Shown piece after piece: positions 7,775 to 16,707 of a DNA stretch of 53,702 nucleotides; position 1 is the first letter of the stretch, and every line of letters starts with the position of its first letter. The translations under genes were made by a program, and so were the position numbers. Origin of the DNA: an uncultured Gammaproteobacteria bacterium (GTDB taxonomy: Bacteria; Patescibacteriota; Microgenomatia; UBA8517); NCBI GenBank assembly GCA_964583105.1, contig CAZOUV010000005.1, positions 1 through 53,702 of the forward strand, read 5' to 3'. The notes under the pieces were generated by a model. That model ran no database searches, was not told the DNA's origin, and saw only the letters and a program-made list of their open reading frames with translations.

Positions 7775-9451
7775 TTATTTATGTTCTATGTTAAAGAAGG
7801 CAAAACCTGTTTGGGGAATTGAGAGATATCCCGGAGCTCTTAAATTATATGCCTGTTTAAACTCGTCTCCGGTTAAATAAATGTTTCCGTTAACAACAAC
7901 CTGATTAGTAACCCCGTTTCCTTGGGTTACGTAAATAGAGGAAATTGAAGAAACCCCGCCTTTTGCCTTCATCTCTTCGTAAGAATAGGGGCTTCCTCCC
8001 CAACAAGATGTGGTTATGGGAGTAATTCGAGAATCGTTGCCTCCCTTAAGGGTAATTGCAGCATTAACTATGTCTGTTAGTTCTTCGTTTGTCAGCCAAG
8101 GATTTCCCCTGGCACAGGAATTTCCGCTTCTGTTTTTATACCAAGACTTATAAACCCAAGGGCTTCCTCCGATTTTTTCGTATGTTTTATCCAAAAAGCT
8201 TCCTCCCCCTCCGCCGTCAGTTGTGTCCCACCCCATTGTAGTAATATAACCTCCGGTAGTTGAAGAATAATAGGTAACAACGTCTTCCAAAATCTGTCCA
8301 CGAGTTGCCTGAACAGCTTGTTTCCAAGAATCCGGAGGATTATCTGCTTTACTTTTTCTGAAAACCTGACAGCTTTCGGTTGTACAAATTGTCTTACCTT
8401 CAATTTTATATCTGTAAGCATATGTTCTTGCGGCAATTGCCTGTGCCTTTAAAGCTTCCATATGCCAAGAAGATGGCATTTCGGCAATTCCCATAAGATA
8501 ATAGTCTTCGAAATTTAAGTTCCCGTAACCGGAAACGCTTATTGTTCCTCCCGTATCTTTTCCTACAGGTTCTTTTCCGTAGTAAGCCTTAAGTATCTGG
8601 TTTGCATTTTGACCGTTTTGAGCTCTTCCGCGGGCTCCGTACTGACTCATTCCTTTTCTGTGGGTATATCCTCCAAAAGAAAATATGGCATAACTTCCTG
8701 AAGGAGCAGCTTCTCGAAAACCTTTAATGGATGCATTGTAGTCATCCGCAAGTTCGCTATCTCCCACCGATGCTATGAAACTTCCTGATTTTGCAGCCAA
8801 TATTTCCTGCTGCTTACTGGAAAGAACTGAAAGAAAACTTTCTACTTTATCAACCTCTCCTTGCAAAAACTTGGTTTGTTCATTAACCGTTTTTTGCAAA
8901 GAAGCCAAAGATATTTTGTTTTTTTCTAAAGCTTCCCTTTCTTCTTTTAAAGAAATAATGTCCTGGGAATATTTTTCTATGGTTTTTCTGTCTTCCTCGG
9001 CAACTACTTCCCTGAGCTTAATTCTACGAAATACTTCGGAAGCATCGGACGCGGAAAGAAGAGAAAGAACGGGATCATATAGACGGGAATCTATATACTG
9101 ACTTCTTGCTTTTTCGTCTAGTACCTCTTGAGCAAAAGCCAGATCTTCTTCACCATTTTTAATTTCTTTTTCTTTGTTTTTAAGCTCATTGGAAAGAGAA
9201 ATTATTCTTTTGTTCAAGCTATCCAGTTGTTTTTTAAGATTTGCAAGATCTTGTTTATTTTTTTCCTGAGCCGGAGCATATGCGGAGGCAATACGGGGAA
9301 GAATTACATTTAAACATTCATCCATTTCTCCCGTAGAAAGCTCACTTGCGGATTTATTTAAGCAGTCTGATTCGGATACAGCAAAAGTAAGATTATAGAC
9401 ACCAAAAAAAAGAATGCTAAAAAACAAAAAAATAAATAACTTTAATTTCAT
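7775..9451 (-). CDS. SpoIID/LytB-domain peptidoglycan-remodelling protein with N-terminal signal peptide and long coiled coil
   Basis: 558 aa. Signal/TM MKLKLFIFLFFSILFFGVY, then a coiled coil (LANLKKQLDSLNKRIISLSNELKNKEKE...). SpoIID core reads GMSQYGARGRA...EMPSSWHMEALKAQAIAARTYA...YYSSTTGGYI. Confidence 0.85.
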   Translation of the reverse strand: MKLKLFIFLFFSILFFGVYNLTFAVSESDCLNKSASELSTGEMDECLNVILPRIASAYAPAQEKNKQDLANLKKQLDSLNKRIISLSNELKNKEKEIKNGEEDLAFAQEVLDEKARSQYIDSRLYDPVLSLLSASDASEVFRRIKLREVVAEEDRKTIEKYSQDIISLKEEREALEKNKISLASLQKTVNEQTKFLQGEVDKVESFLSVLSSKQQEILAAKSGSFIASVGDSELADDYNASIKGFREAAPSGSYAIFSFGGYTHRKGMSQYGARGRAQNGQNANQILKAYYGKEPVGKDTGGTISVSGYGNLNFEDYYLMGIAEMPSSWHMEALKAQAIAARTYAYRYKIEGKTICTTESCQVFRKSKADNPPDSWKQAVQATRGQILEDVVTYYSSTTGGYITTMGWDTTDGGGGGSFLDKTYEKIGGSPWVYKSWYKNRSGNSCARGNPWLTNEELTDIVNAAITLKGGNDSRITPITTSCWGGSPYSYEEMKAKGGVSSISSIYVTQGNGVTNQVVVNGNIYLTGDEFKQAYNLRAPGYLSIPQTGFAFFNIEHK

Positions 9452-9494
9452 TTGTCTTTTTTCATTATACAGGTTGTGATAAACTCAAGAAGGA

Positions 9495-10028
9495 ATGAAA
9501 AAAATAATTGCAATCTTTTTGCTGTCAATTTGTTTTTTATTATCTTCTTCAAAAAATACTTCAGCAACTTGTGACAGAAAACAACCGGGTTCTTGTTCTA
9601 AAATTGTTTGTCCCGTTAGCAATGGTAACTTTTGTTGCGACACACAAAGTGAATGTGATGCTAAAAAAACTACGATTGGGACATCAGATAGTGGTATTAG
9701 TGAAGATCTTTGGTGCGACCCAATCTTCGGAATTGGTACAAAGGTAAATACGGCAATAGGGTGTGTTCCGGTTCTTGACAATAATTTATTTATGTCTTTT
9801 TTGCTTAAATGGGCTGTAGGAATTGGAGGAGGAATTGCTTTTCTTTTGATTGTCTATGCGGGATTCATGATAATGACCTCAGCAGGAAACCCCGAAAGAC
9901 TTAAGGCCGGCCAAGAACTTTTAACATCTGCAATATCGGGGCTTATTCTTTTGATTTTTTCGGTAGTTATTCTAAAAATTATTGGGGTTGATATACTTGG
10001 ACTAGATAAATTCGGTTTTAATCAATAA
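9495..10028 (+). CDS. pilin-like paralog P1: Sec signal + Cys-rich module fused to a VirB2/TrbC-like two-TM core
   Basis: Signal peptide MKKIIAIFLLSICFLLSSSKNTSA. Eight Cys follow in the next ~70 aa (TCDRKQPGSCSKIVCPVSNGNFCCDTQSEC...WC...GC). The C-terminal core is TM1-MTSAGNPERLKAGQELLTSAISGL-TM2, shared with the seven downstream ORFs. Confidence 0.75.
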   Translation: MKKIIAIFLLSICFLLSSSKNTSATCDRKQPGSCSKIVCPVSNGNFCCDTQSECDAKKTTIGTSDSGISEDLWCDPIFGIGTKVNTAIGCVPVLDNNLFMSFLLKWAVGIGGGIAFLLIVYAGFMIMTSAGNPERLKAGQELLTSAISGLILLIFSVVILKIIGVDILGLDKFGFNQ

Positions 10029-10029
10029 T

Positions 10030-10359
10030 ATGCTTGAAGAAATTCAACATGGAGCTTTTCCCAAAGCGAAAATAGCTACTAATACGAGTATTGGTAAAAT
10101 TATTTCGGACATTCTTCCTTATGTCTTTACAATTACCGGAATTTTGCTTCTTTTGTATCTTATCTTGGGAGGACTTCAATTAATGCTCGCTGCTGGAGAG
10201 CCTAAAAAGGTGGAAGGTGCACGGGGTAAAATTACAAACGCATTAATAGGTTTTGTAATTGTATTTCTTGCCTATTGGATTACTCAACTTATTGGTAAAA
10301 TATTTGATATTCAAATAATAAACAATATATTTAGTATTACAGGAGGCTTACCAAATTAA
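10030..10359 (+). CDS. pilin-like paralog P2 (VirB2/TrbC-like)
   Basis: 109 aa. TM1-MLAAGEPKKVEGARGKITNALIGF-TM2. Starts 1 nt after the P1 stop. Confidence 0.75.
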   Translation: MLEEIQHGAFPKAKIATNTSIGKIISDILPYVFTITGILLLLYLILGGLQLMLAAGEPKKVEGARGKITNALIGFVIVFLAYWITQLIGKIFDIQIINNIFSITGGLPN

Positions 10360-10668
10360 ATGAAATATCTTACCCAAGTTCCCATAAATACAACTTTCGG
10401 ATCACGTTTCGGAAATGGTAAAACAATTGGTGATATGGTTACTCTTGGGCTTGATATTGCCTTTGTTGTTGCGGGTTTAATACTTCTGGTTACTTTTATA
10501 ATCGGAGGTGTTGGTCTTATTGCGGGAGCGGGACAAAATAACCCCGAGAGACTTGAAAAAGGAAAGAAAGCACTAACTTCAACACTTATTGGTTTTGTTG
10601 TTGTATTTACTGCATATTGGATAGTAAAATTGATAGGACAAATAACCGGTTTGGAATTACTTGAATGA
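10360..10668 (+). CDS. pilin-like paralog P3 (VirB2/TrbC-like)
   Basis: 102 aa. TM1-IAGAGQNNPERLEKGKKALTSTLIGF-TM2. The tail AYWIVKLIGQIT closely matches P2 AYWITQLIGKIF. Starts immediately after the P2 stop. Confidence 0.75.
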   Translation: MKYLTQVPINTTFGSRFGNGKTIGDMVTLGLDIAFVVAGLILLVTFIIGGVGLIAGAGQNNPERLEKGKKALTSTLIGFVVVFTAYWIVKLIGQITGLELLE

Positions 10669-11021
10669 ATAAATTATTGACCGACGCCAGCAAAATATTT
10701 GGAGAAGTAAAACCACCCCCAGCAATATCTAAATATTCCTCAGATCCTGGTCTGGCTATTGGTACTATCCTTGACATAGTTTTAAAATTACTGGTTGTTG
10801 GTGCAGGGATTTACACTCTTATCAACTTGGTTTTGGCTGGTTATAGTTTTTTGTCTGCAGGTGAAGACCCTAAAAAAATTGCAGGGGCTTGGAGTAGAAT
10901 TTGGCAAAGTGCACTTGGACTTGCTGTTACCGCCGGATCTTTCACCTTGGCTGCAATATTTGGTAAGTTAATTTTTGGAAATTGGAATTTTATTCTTAAA
11001 CCAGTTATCCCAACATTATGA
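10665..11021 (+). CDS. pilin-like paralog P4 (VirB2/TrbC-like)
   Basis: 118 aa. TM1-FLSAGEDPKKIAGAWSRIWQSALGL-TM2. ATGA overlap with P3. Confidence 0.7.
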   Translation: MNKLLTDASKIFGEVKPPPAISKYSSDPGLAIGTILDIVLKLLVVGAGIYTLINLVLAGYSFLSAGEDPKKIAGAWSRIWQSALGLAVTAGSFTLAAIFGKLIFGNWNFILKPVIPTL

Positions 11022-11386
11022 AATTATCATCTATAGACATCTCTCCACCTGGCGGATTCAAAGGATTTGGCTATTACGGGTTGGAAACCACCACACCGAA
11101 TAATGCAGCTATAATTTTTGGTGGGTTTATATCTCGAATTATTGGAGTTATTACCATTGTTGCTTTCATTTGGTTCTTGTTTGTTTTTATTACAGGAGCT
11201 ATCTCAATTATTGGAGCAGGAAGCGATAAACAAGCTATGGAAACGGCAAAAAAGAAAATAACAGCTGGATTGATTGGTCTAGTTGTAACAGTTGCTGCAA
11301 TATTTGTCGTACGTTTAATTGGTAGCTTTTTGGGAATTGAAAATTTCTTAAGTCCAGCTAAGTTAATTGAACAAATAACAAAATAA
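11018..11386 (+). CDS. pilin-like paralog P5 (VirB2/TrbC-like)
   Basis: 122 aa. TM1-IIGAGSDKQAMETAKKKITAGLIGL-TM2. ATGA overlap with P4. Confidence 0.75.
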   Translation: MKLSSIDISPPGGFKGFGYYGLETTTPNNAAIIFGGFISRIIGVITIVAFIWFLFVFITGAISIIGAGSDKQAMETAKKKITAGLIGLVVTVAAIFVVRLIGSFLGIENFLSPAKLIEQITK

Positions 11387-11387
11387 C

Positions 11388-11756
11388 ATGAATCCCGATG
11401 AACGCATAGCGCCTGACATTAATGCTTTCGATATTAAAAATCCAGCTATTGGAAAATTAAACGATTTGGCCGGAGAAAGCGGGATTGGCTTTTTTCAAGT
11501 TTTTCTTCCTAAGCTATTAACCTTGGCTTTAATAATTGGCTCTCTTGTGTTCTTTTTTATTATGATAATAGGGGCGATTCAATGGATTTCTTCGGGAGGA
11601 GATAAAACTGCGCTAGAAGAAGCTAAAAAGAAAATTACAAACGCAATAATTGGTCTTTTTATTCTTTTCTCAGTATTTGCAATTCTAAAACTAATCGAAA
11701 ATTTCTTTGGTATTTCAATATTAACCCTTGACATAGGTAGCTTACTAATACGATAA
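11388..11756 (+). CDS. pilin-like paralog P6 (VirB2/TrbC-like)
   Basis: 122 aa. TM1-WISSGGDKTALEEAKKKITNAIIGL-TM2. Starts 1 nt after the P5 stop. Confidence 0.75.
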   Translation: MNPDERIAPDINAFDIKNPAIGKLNDLAGESGIGFFQVFLPKLLTLALIIGSLVFFFIMIIGAIQWISSGGDKTALEEAKKKITNAIIGLFILFSVFAILKLIENFFGISILTLDIGSLLIR

Positions 11757-11766
11757 TTGGTAAAGT

Positions 11767-12105
11767 ATGAAAGATTTGTTGGCACAAGCAGGTGAAATTG
11801 TAGATTTAAACGCTTCAGGTAATTTTAAACCCTTGGGTGGTATTACAATTACATCAATCGTTTCTGCATTAGTTAAGTTTTCATTAGTAATAGCTGCTAT
11901 TGTTTTCTTTTTTATTCTGGTTATTGGAGGAATTAGGTGGATTGCATCGGGAGGAGATAAAGCACACACAGAAGCTGCCAGAAATCAAATTACCGCAGCA
12001 TTAGTTGGGCTTGTAATTGTTTTTGCCGCTTGGGCAATAATTGCACTTATTAAAGTTTTCTTCGGAGTAGATATCTTGGTTCTCGATATCCCTTCAGCCG
12101 TTTAA
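11767..12105 (+). CDS. pilin-like paralog P7 (VirB2/TrbC-like)
   Basis: 112 aa. TM1-WIASGGDKAHTEAARNQITAALVGL-TM2. Shares identical DNA strings with P6 (TTCTTTTTTATT and TCGGGAGGAGATAAA). Confidence 0.75.
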   Translation: MKDLLAQAGEIVDLNASGNFKPLGGITITSIVSALVKFSLVIAAIVFFFILVIGGIRWIASGGDKAHTEAARNQITAALVGLVIVFAAWAIIALIKVFFGVDILVLDIPSAV

Positions 12106-12157
12106 CTTTAAACAGACACTCCTTGCCCTTATTTCTATGTTAGTTTAAAATCTAATT

Positions 12158-12460
12158 ATGGATTGTCCTGTTGATGTTAGCGGCATTGCTACATTGCAAA
12201 ATTTGGAGTGTGTATTTAAAAATGTAGTAGCTGCCGTATTGGGAATAGCGGGGATTGTTTTTTTCATTCTTCTTCTTTCTTCGGGTCTTAAATTTATTAC
12301 ATCAGGTGGGGATCCCAAAGCATTAGAAGGAGCAAAAAAAACTTTAACTTATGCAGTTAGTGGATTTATTTTAATAATTCTTTCATATTTAATTCTTCTT
12401 CTTATTTCAGAACTTACAGGGGTCGAGGTCGGCATCTTCCAAATAACAAATTCCCTCTAG
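12158..12460 (+). CDS. pilin-like paralog P8 (VirB2/TrbC-like)
   Basis: 100 aa. TM1-FITSGGDPKALEGAKKTLTYAVSGF-TM2. Two Cys in the N-terminal leader. Confidence 0.75.
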   Translation: MDCPVDVSGIATLQNLECVFKNVVAAVLGIAGIVFFILLLSSGLKFITSGGDPKALEGAKKTLTYAVSGFILIILSYLILLLISELTGVEVGIFQITNSL

Positions 12461-12482
12461 GGTTAACTGATATAATAAATTT

Positions 12483-14948
12483 ATGAAAAAGTTTGTATTT
12501 GCCCCGATCTTTTTTCTGCTTGTTTTTATTTTTCCTTATTTTTCCACAGTAAAAGCGCAGATTTGTAAAAAGGGTGAGTGCCATTATTTAAGACCATATC
12601 CTACGGAACCCATCAATGTCACTAGCGGAGAACTTGCAAATTTTTGCGGAAGCGATTTAACAATAACCCAGACAGCAACTGTAAAATATAATCCTGATGA
12701 TCCTAATTGCACTTTCAACGGAACAAATAAAATAACTTGCTCATATCAAAAACCGATTGACGATAGGGTAGTTATTAATCTTGAAAACGCAAATCTTCCC
12801 ATAATGGGAAATACTGAAGAGGTTAAAAATACAGAAAACGATGAAGATATAATAACGGATGCAGAAAAGGTAAACGAGTATGTAAGCTGGTATTTAAGCG
12901 GGGTTCCATTTAAAAAAGAATACGGTTTTCCGAATCCAACAGAATCCGATCTTGATACCGAAGAGCAAAAAAACCTTCTTAATTATTCCGGCCCCATAGC
13001 CAAGCTTCTTCCTCAGGAAATTCAACTTGCAAAAAGAATAGAAACCATCGAACGTGTTTCCGGAAAAAACTTGAATGATGATAATATTACTCCCCCAAAA
13101 GACAGAAATAATCAAACAGTTGTTTGTACAAAGACAGAACTTGATACACTACTTCTTCCCGCCACACTTGAGTGGGCTCTTGAAAAACTGGGTATCGGAA
13201 GAGAACATTCTGTCCCCTGTCCTGAAGGTGAAAAAATAAAACTGAGCGAATGGGAAAAAGATCTTTCTGTTATTAATAATTTAATTAGTGCCGAACTTTC
13301 TGTTATGAAATTATTTGCCAAGATTATTCCTTCTGTCCCCGGAGACATAATTCAAAAGGTAATCTCTGAGAATAAACCCTGGAACAGTAGGTTGCCACCC
13401 CTCTCATGGGGAAAAGATTCTGATGGAAACCCATTTGATGATTTAACTTACAAAAAAGCATACAACGAATGGCGTGGTAAATTATGCATAATTATTCCTC
13501 TTCCAAGAATGCTTGTTTGTGTGGAAAACATCTTGATACCAAATAAGTGGGCGGATCTTTTTTCGTATGTCCCACTTTCTTCGACCGAAGATTCAAAAGG
13601 GCAAGTAAATATTACCAGTGCAAGTTTCTCAACAGAAAAACCATCAGATCTTTTCTTTTCCCACATGGAAAAATCGGACGAACTGGCATCACTTCTTCGG
13701 GAAACTTATTTATATGAAGGTGCGGGCGGAGATATGTTGGGAGAAGTCAGTTATTCCGGAATAGAAACTCCAAAATCATGCAGTACCGTTGAAGTTAGAT
13801 CAAACAAGGGGGATAACCTTTTTGCAACCGAAATTGTGGGCAAACTTTCATATAACGCAAGTTTTACCTGCGATTATGTTGTTTCCGAAAATGCTCACGA
13901 TCCACTTTCGTGTAATATCTGTTCTGCAAAAAAATGTGTTTTCAATTCTCTAGCAACAAGTAACTGTAATGTTGAATACAATGAATGCGAATCAGATTTG
14001 GAATGTGCAGATTTTGTGGGTGGAGTAGTTAATAACACCTGCACAAAAACTTTTCAAATCCCCCTTTCCACAAGATCATATACACCCAAGGTTGAAAATA
14101 TTTGGTCAAAGCTGGTGGCCGGTCCCACATCAATATTTAAAAGAATATATCCCAAAGTAGGAACACAAATAGGAATCATTAAAGACATGGCCGGATCAAC
14201 TTTGGTAGATATTTCGGTGGGGGGTACTAAAACAACAGGGGAACTTAAATTTCCCCACTTGGGAGGAATCTCGGAATATTTCTTAAAAGGAATTCAAACA
14301 GCTCTTAGACCAAAGGGTTATGGGGAAACAATATCCTTTGGTGATGTTGAGGGTGGTGGTGAAGATGGGGATATTTGTGCCATCGCCGACAAATATAAAA
14401 TTCCCTGCTGTATGCTTAAAGGAATTATTGAAGTTGAAACCGGAAACAATCCAATATTTATTGGCAGTGGTATATGCAATAGGTCAAATAAAGCATTTGC
14501 CTGTTGCAATGGAAATTACTGTGGGCCAGCAAACATCGGATGTAATCAATATGATGCGTGGGACGGTGGAGACGGTTTAGATCTTTGTGATTACACCGAT
14601 TCTGCAGAACTTTTAGCAAGGGCGCTTCTTTTTAAACTTTGTCAGGCTGACCAAAAGTGTTTAAGTGGTTGGGCAACTGATGGAGATTATATTCTTGAAA
14701 ACTATTCGATTGAGGACGGTAGTTACACGGCAGCCGGATACTTCTATGGTGTAACAAACGGCTGTTTTCCTACAGCCTGTTCACAGTTTAGGTGGGGTGC
14801 GGGGAAAACTTATTGCGATGCTGTAGAGTATTACTGTGATAACGGAGGTATTCTCACATCCGGTCCGGATGTTACATTTTGTGAAGAATGTAATTTTAAG
14901 GAAATGAATGACGCAGGAATGCCAATTACCTGTTCTTTATATGAATAA
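12483..14948 (+). CDS. large secreted Cys-rich protein with C-terminal SLT-like (VirB1-like lytic transglycosylase) region
   Basis: 821 aa. Signal peptide MKKFVFAPIFFLLVFIFPYFSTVKA. About 36 Cys by hand count. From ~nt 14370, ICAIADKYKIPCCMLKGIIEVETGNNPIFIGSG fits the SLT pattern (ia.kY.iP..ll.aii.vES.fNP.a.s), with E-T at the catalytic E-S position. Confidence 0.7.
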   Translation: MKKFVFAPIFFLLVFIFPYFSTVKAQICKKGECHYLRPYPTEPINVTSGELANFCGSDLTITQTATVKYNPDDPNCTFNGTNKITCSYQKPIDDRVVINLENANLPIMGNTEEVKNTENDEDIITDAEKVNEYVSWYLSGVPFKKEYGFPNPTESDLDTEEQKNLLNYSGPIAKLLPQEIQLAKRIETIERVSGKNLNDDNITPPKDRNNQTVVCTKTELDTLLLPATLEWALEKLGIGREHSVPCPEGEKIKLSEWEKDLSVINNLISAELSVMKLFAKIIPSVPGDIIQKVISENKPWNSRLPPLSWGKDSDGNPFDDLTYKKAYNEWRGKLCIIIPLPRMLVCVENILIPNKWADLFSYVPLSSTEDSKGQVNITSASFSTEKPSDLFFSHMEKSDELASLLRETYLYEGAGGDMLGEVSYSGIETPKSCSTVEVRSNKGDNLFATEIVGKLSYNASFTCDYVVSENAHDPLSCNICSAKKCVFNSLATSNCNVEYNECESDLECADFVGGVVNNTCTKTFQIPLSTRSYTPKVENIWSKLVAGPTSIFKRIYPKVGTQIGIIKDMAGSTLVDISVGGTKTTGELKFPHLGGISEYFLKGIQTALRPKGYGETISFGDVEGGGEDGDICAIADKYKIPCCMLKGIIEVETGNNPIFIGSGICNRSNKAFACCNGNYCGPANIGCNQYDAWDGGDGLDLCDYTDSAELLARALLFKLCQADQKCLSGWATDGDYILENYSIEDGSYTAAGYFYGVTNGCFPTACSQFRWGAGKTYCDAVEYYCDNGGILTSGPDVTFCEECNFKEMNDAGMPITCSLYE

Positions 14949-14986
14949 GGCTAACATTTAAACAATTATTTTGATAATATAAAACC

Positions 14987-16693
14987 ATGAAGAAACTGCT
15001 CAAAAAAATAGTTCTTGCTTTCTTTTCTTTTTTCTTTTTAATATCCAGTTTTTTAACATTTCTTGCTCCTTCTGCTAAGGCACAGAGTCCTTGGTATTCA
15101 CAAAGCCCCACCGAGTGGTACATAAAAGTATATGATAAAGAAACTTCTCCTTCTAATGAAATTTTTGGGGAACGTTACACAGCAGCACAAGTTCAATGGA
15201 TTGTGTATAGTTTACTTTCAAACACCATTAATGCTGTTGTCGGAGAAAACATACCATTTGTTGTTTGTGTACTGAAAGCCACGGATGCAACATTTATTTT
15301 AACGGGCTGTCAAGGAAAACTCGAAGAACTGTTAACTGAAATTAGAGGAATTATTGATAAATTTGTTGACACTCGAAATTCAACCAATAATATTTGGTCA
15401 AACGCTTTAGGATTAGAAGGAAGGTCTCTCTCTGGTATAGCTTATTTAAAAAACACTTTTCATAACGTACGTTTCGCTTCAGAGGCCAAGGCTCAAACAG
15501 GATTTGGATTTAGCTCACTTGGTGCAGTACAAAAGTTGTGGAGGGGTACTAGAAATATTGCCTACCTACTCCTGGTAGTCGTGGCTGTCGTTTTTTCGTT
15601 TATGATCATGTTTAAGGTAAAACTTAATCCACAAACAGTTATTACCGTTCAATCAGCCTTGCCCAAAATTATCGCTGCTATGATTCTGGTCACTTTTTCT
15701 TACGCAATTGCAGGATTTGCGATAGATATTATGTACATAGTCATCGGCCTTATTTCTTCTCTTTTCGCAACAGCTGGGATAGCTATGTCAGGCAAGCTTG
15801 GTGTGTCGTTAACTTATGCCTTCATTAGTGGCCACACAATATTATTTGAAGGATTTGTTATTCTAGAATACATGCTTATATATGCCATAACTTTTTTTGT
15901 TGTTGCTTTAATAACCCTCGTTACATCACTCATGTCGGCTTCCATATTCGGATCTTTGACCTCTGTTATTATGTTTATTATTTGGGTTTGGATTTTGATT
16001 CTTGTAATCTGGTATACAGTAAAGGTTCCTTTTGTTTTAATCAAAACTTTAGTGCAAATATATTTGTCAATTATTGTCGCACCAATTCAAATTATGCTTG
16101 GATCACTAGTTCCACAAATGGGTTTTGGCGTGTGGTTTAAAAATTTGATGGCACATGTTCTTGTTTTCCCTGTAATCGGGGCTCTTTTTTATCTTGCGTT
16201 TTTCTTTCTGATTTATGCCGTAGTTACTGCACTTGATGTGGCTATTATTCACAATTGGGCTGTGGAGCTTGTTCAAGTCTTTGGCGGATTTAATCTTGGT
16301 CTTTTAGGGGCTTCACTTTGGTCTCCCCCCCTATTAGCCCCAGGAAAGGTCCTAACCCCAATAATTTTTATGGCAATAAGCTTTGGCGCAATTGTTTTAA
16401 TACCAAAAGTTCCAAATATGTTAAAATCAATCTTTATGAGAGAAAAATTCGATTATGGTTCAGCAATGAATGAAGCAACTGGTATAGCTAAAGGTGCCTG
16501 GGGCATGACTGGCGCACCGTTTGTAAATCAGGCTCGAGAAGGATGGAGTTTGACTACTGCCCCCAACATATGGGCAGGATTGCGAGACTTTACGTCTCGT
16601 GGAGGAACGGGAAATAGGGTATCGAGGTTTTTCGAAGAACGCCGAAGGGTAGCCACAGAGACGGGTAGAAAGGCTGGTGTTATTACCCCATAA
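14987..16693 (+). CDS. polytopic membrane protein, VirB6/TrbL-like
   Basis: 568 aa. Signal peptide ...FLAPSAKAQSPW, a ~170-aa extracytoplasmic region, then at least 7 hydrophobic helices and a basic cytoplasmic tail. Assignment rests on topology and context between the pilin genes and VirB4, not on a motif. Confidence 0.6.
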   Translation: MKKLLKKIVLAFFSFFFLISSFLTFLAPSAKAQSPWYSQSPTEWYIKVYDKETSPSNEIFGERYTAAQVQWIVYSLLSNTINAVVGENIPFVVCVLKATDATFILTGCQGKLEELLTEIRGIIDKFVDTRNSTNNIWSNALGLEGRSLSGIAYLKNTFHNVRFASEAKAQTGFGFSSLGAVQKLWRGTRNIAYLLLVVVAVVFSFMIMFKVKLNPQTVITVQSALPKIIAAMILVTFSYAIAGFAIDIMYIVIGLISSLFATAGIAMSGKLGVSLTYAFISGHTILFEGFVILEYMLIYAITFFVVALITLVTSLMSASIFGSLTSVIMFIIWVWILILVIWYTVKVPFVLIKTLVQIYLSIIVAPIQIMLGSLVPQMGFGVWFKNLMAHVLVFPVIGALFYLAFFFLIYAVVTALDVAIIHNWAVELVQVFGGFNLGLLGASLWSPPLLAPGKVLTPIIFMAISFGAIVLIPKVPNMLKSIFMREKFDYGSAMNEATGIAKGAWGMTGAPFVNQAREGWSLTTAPNIWAGLRDFTSRGGTGNRVSRFFEERRRVATETGRKAGVITP

Positions 16694-16707
16694 CCCTAAA
16701 AACAATT

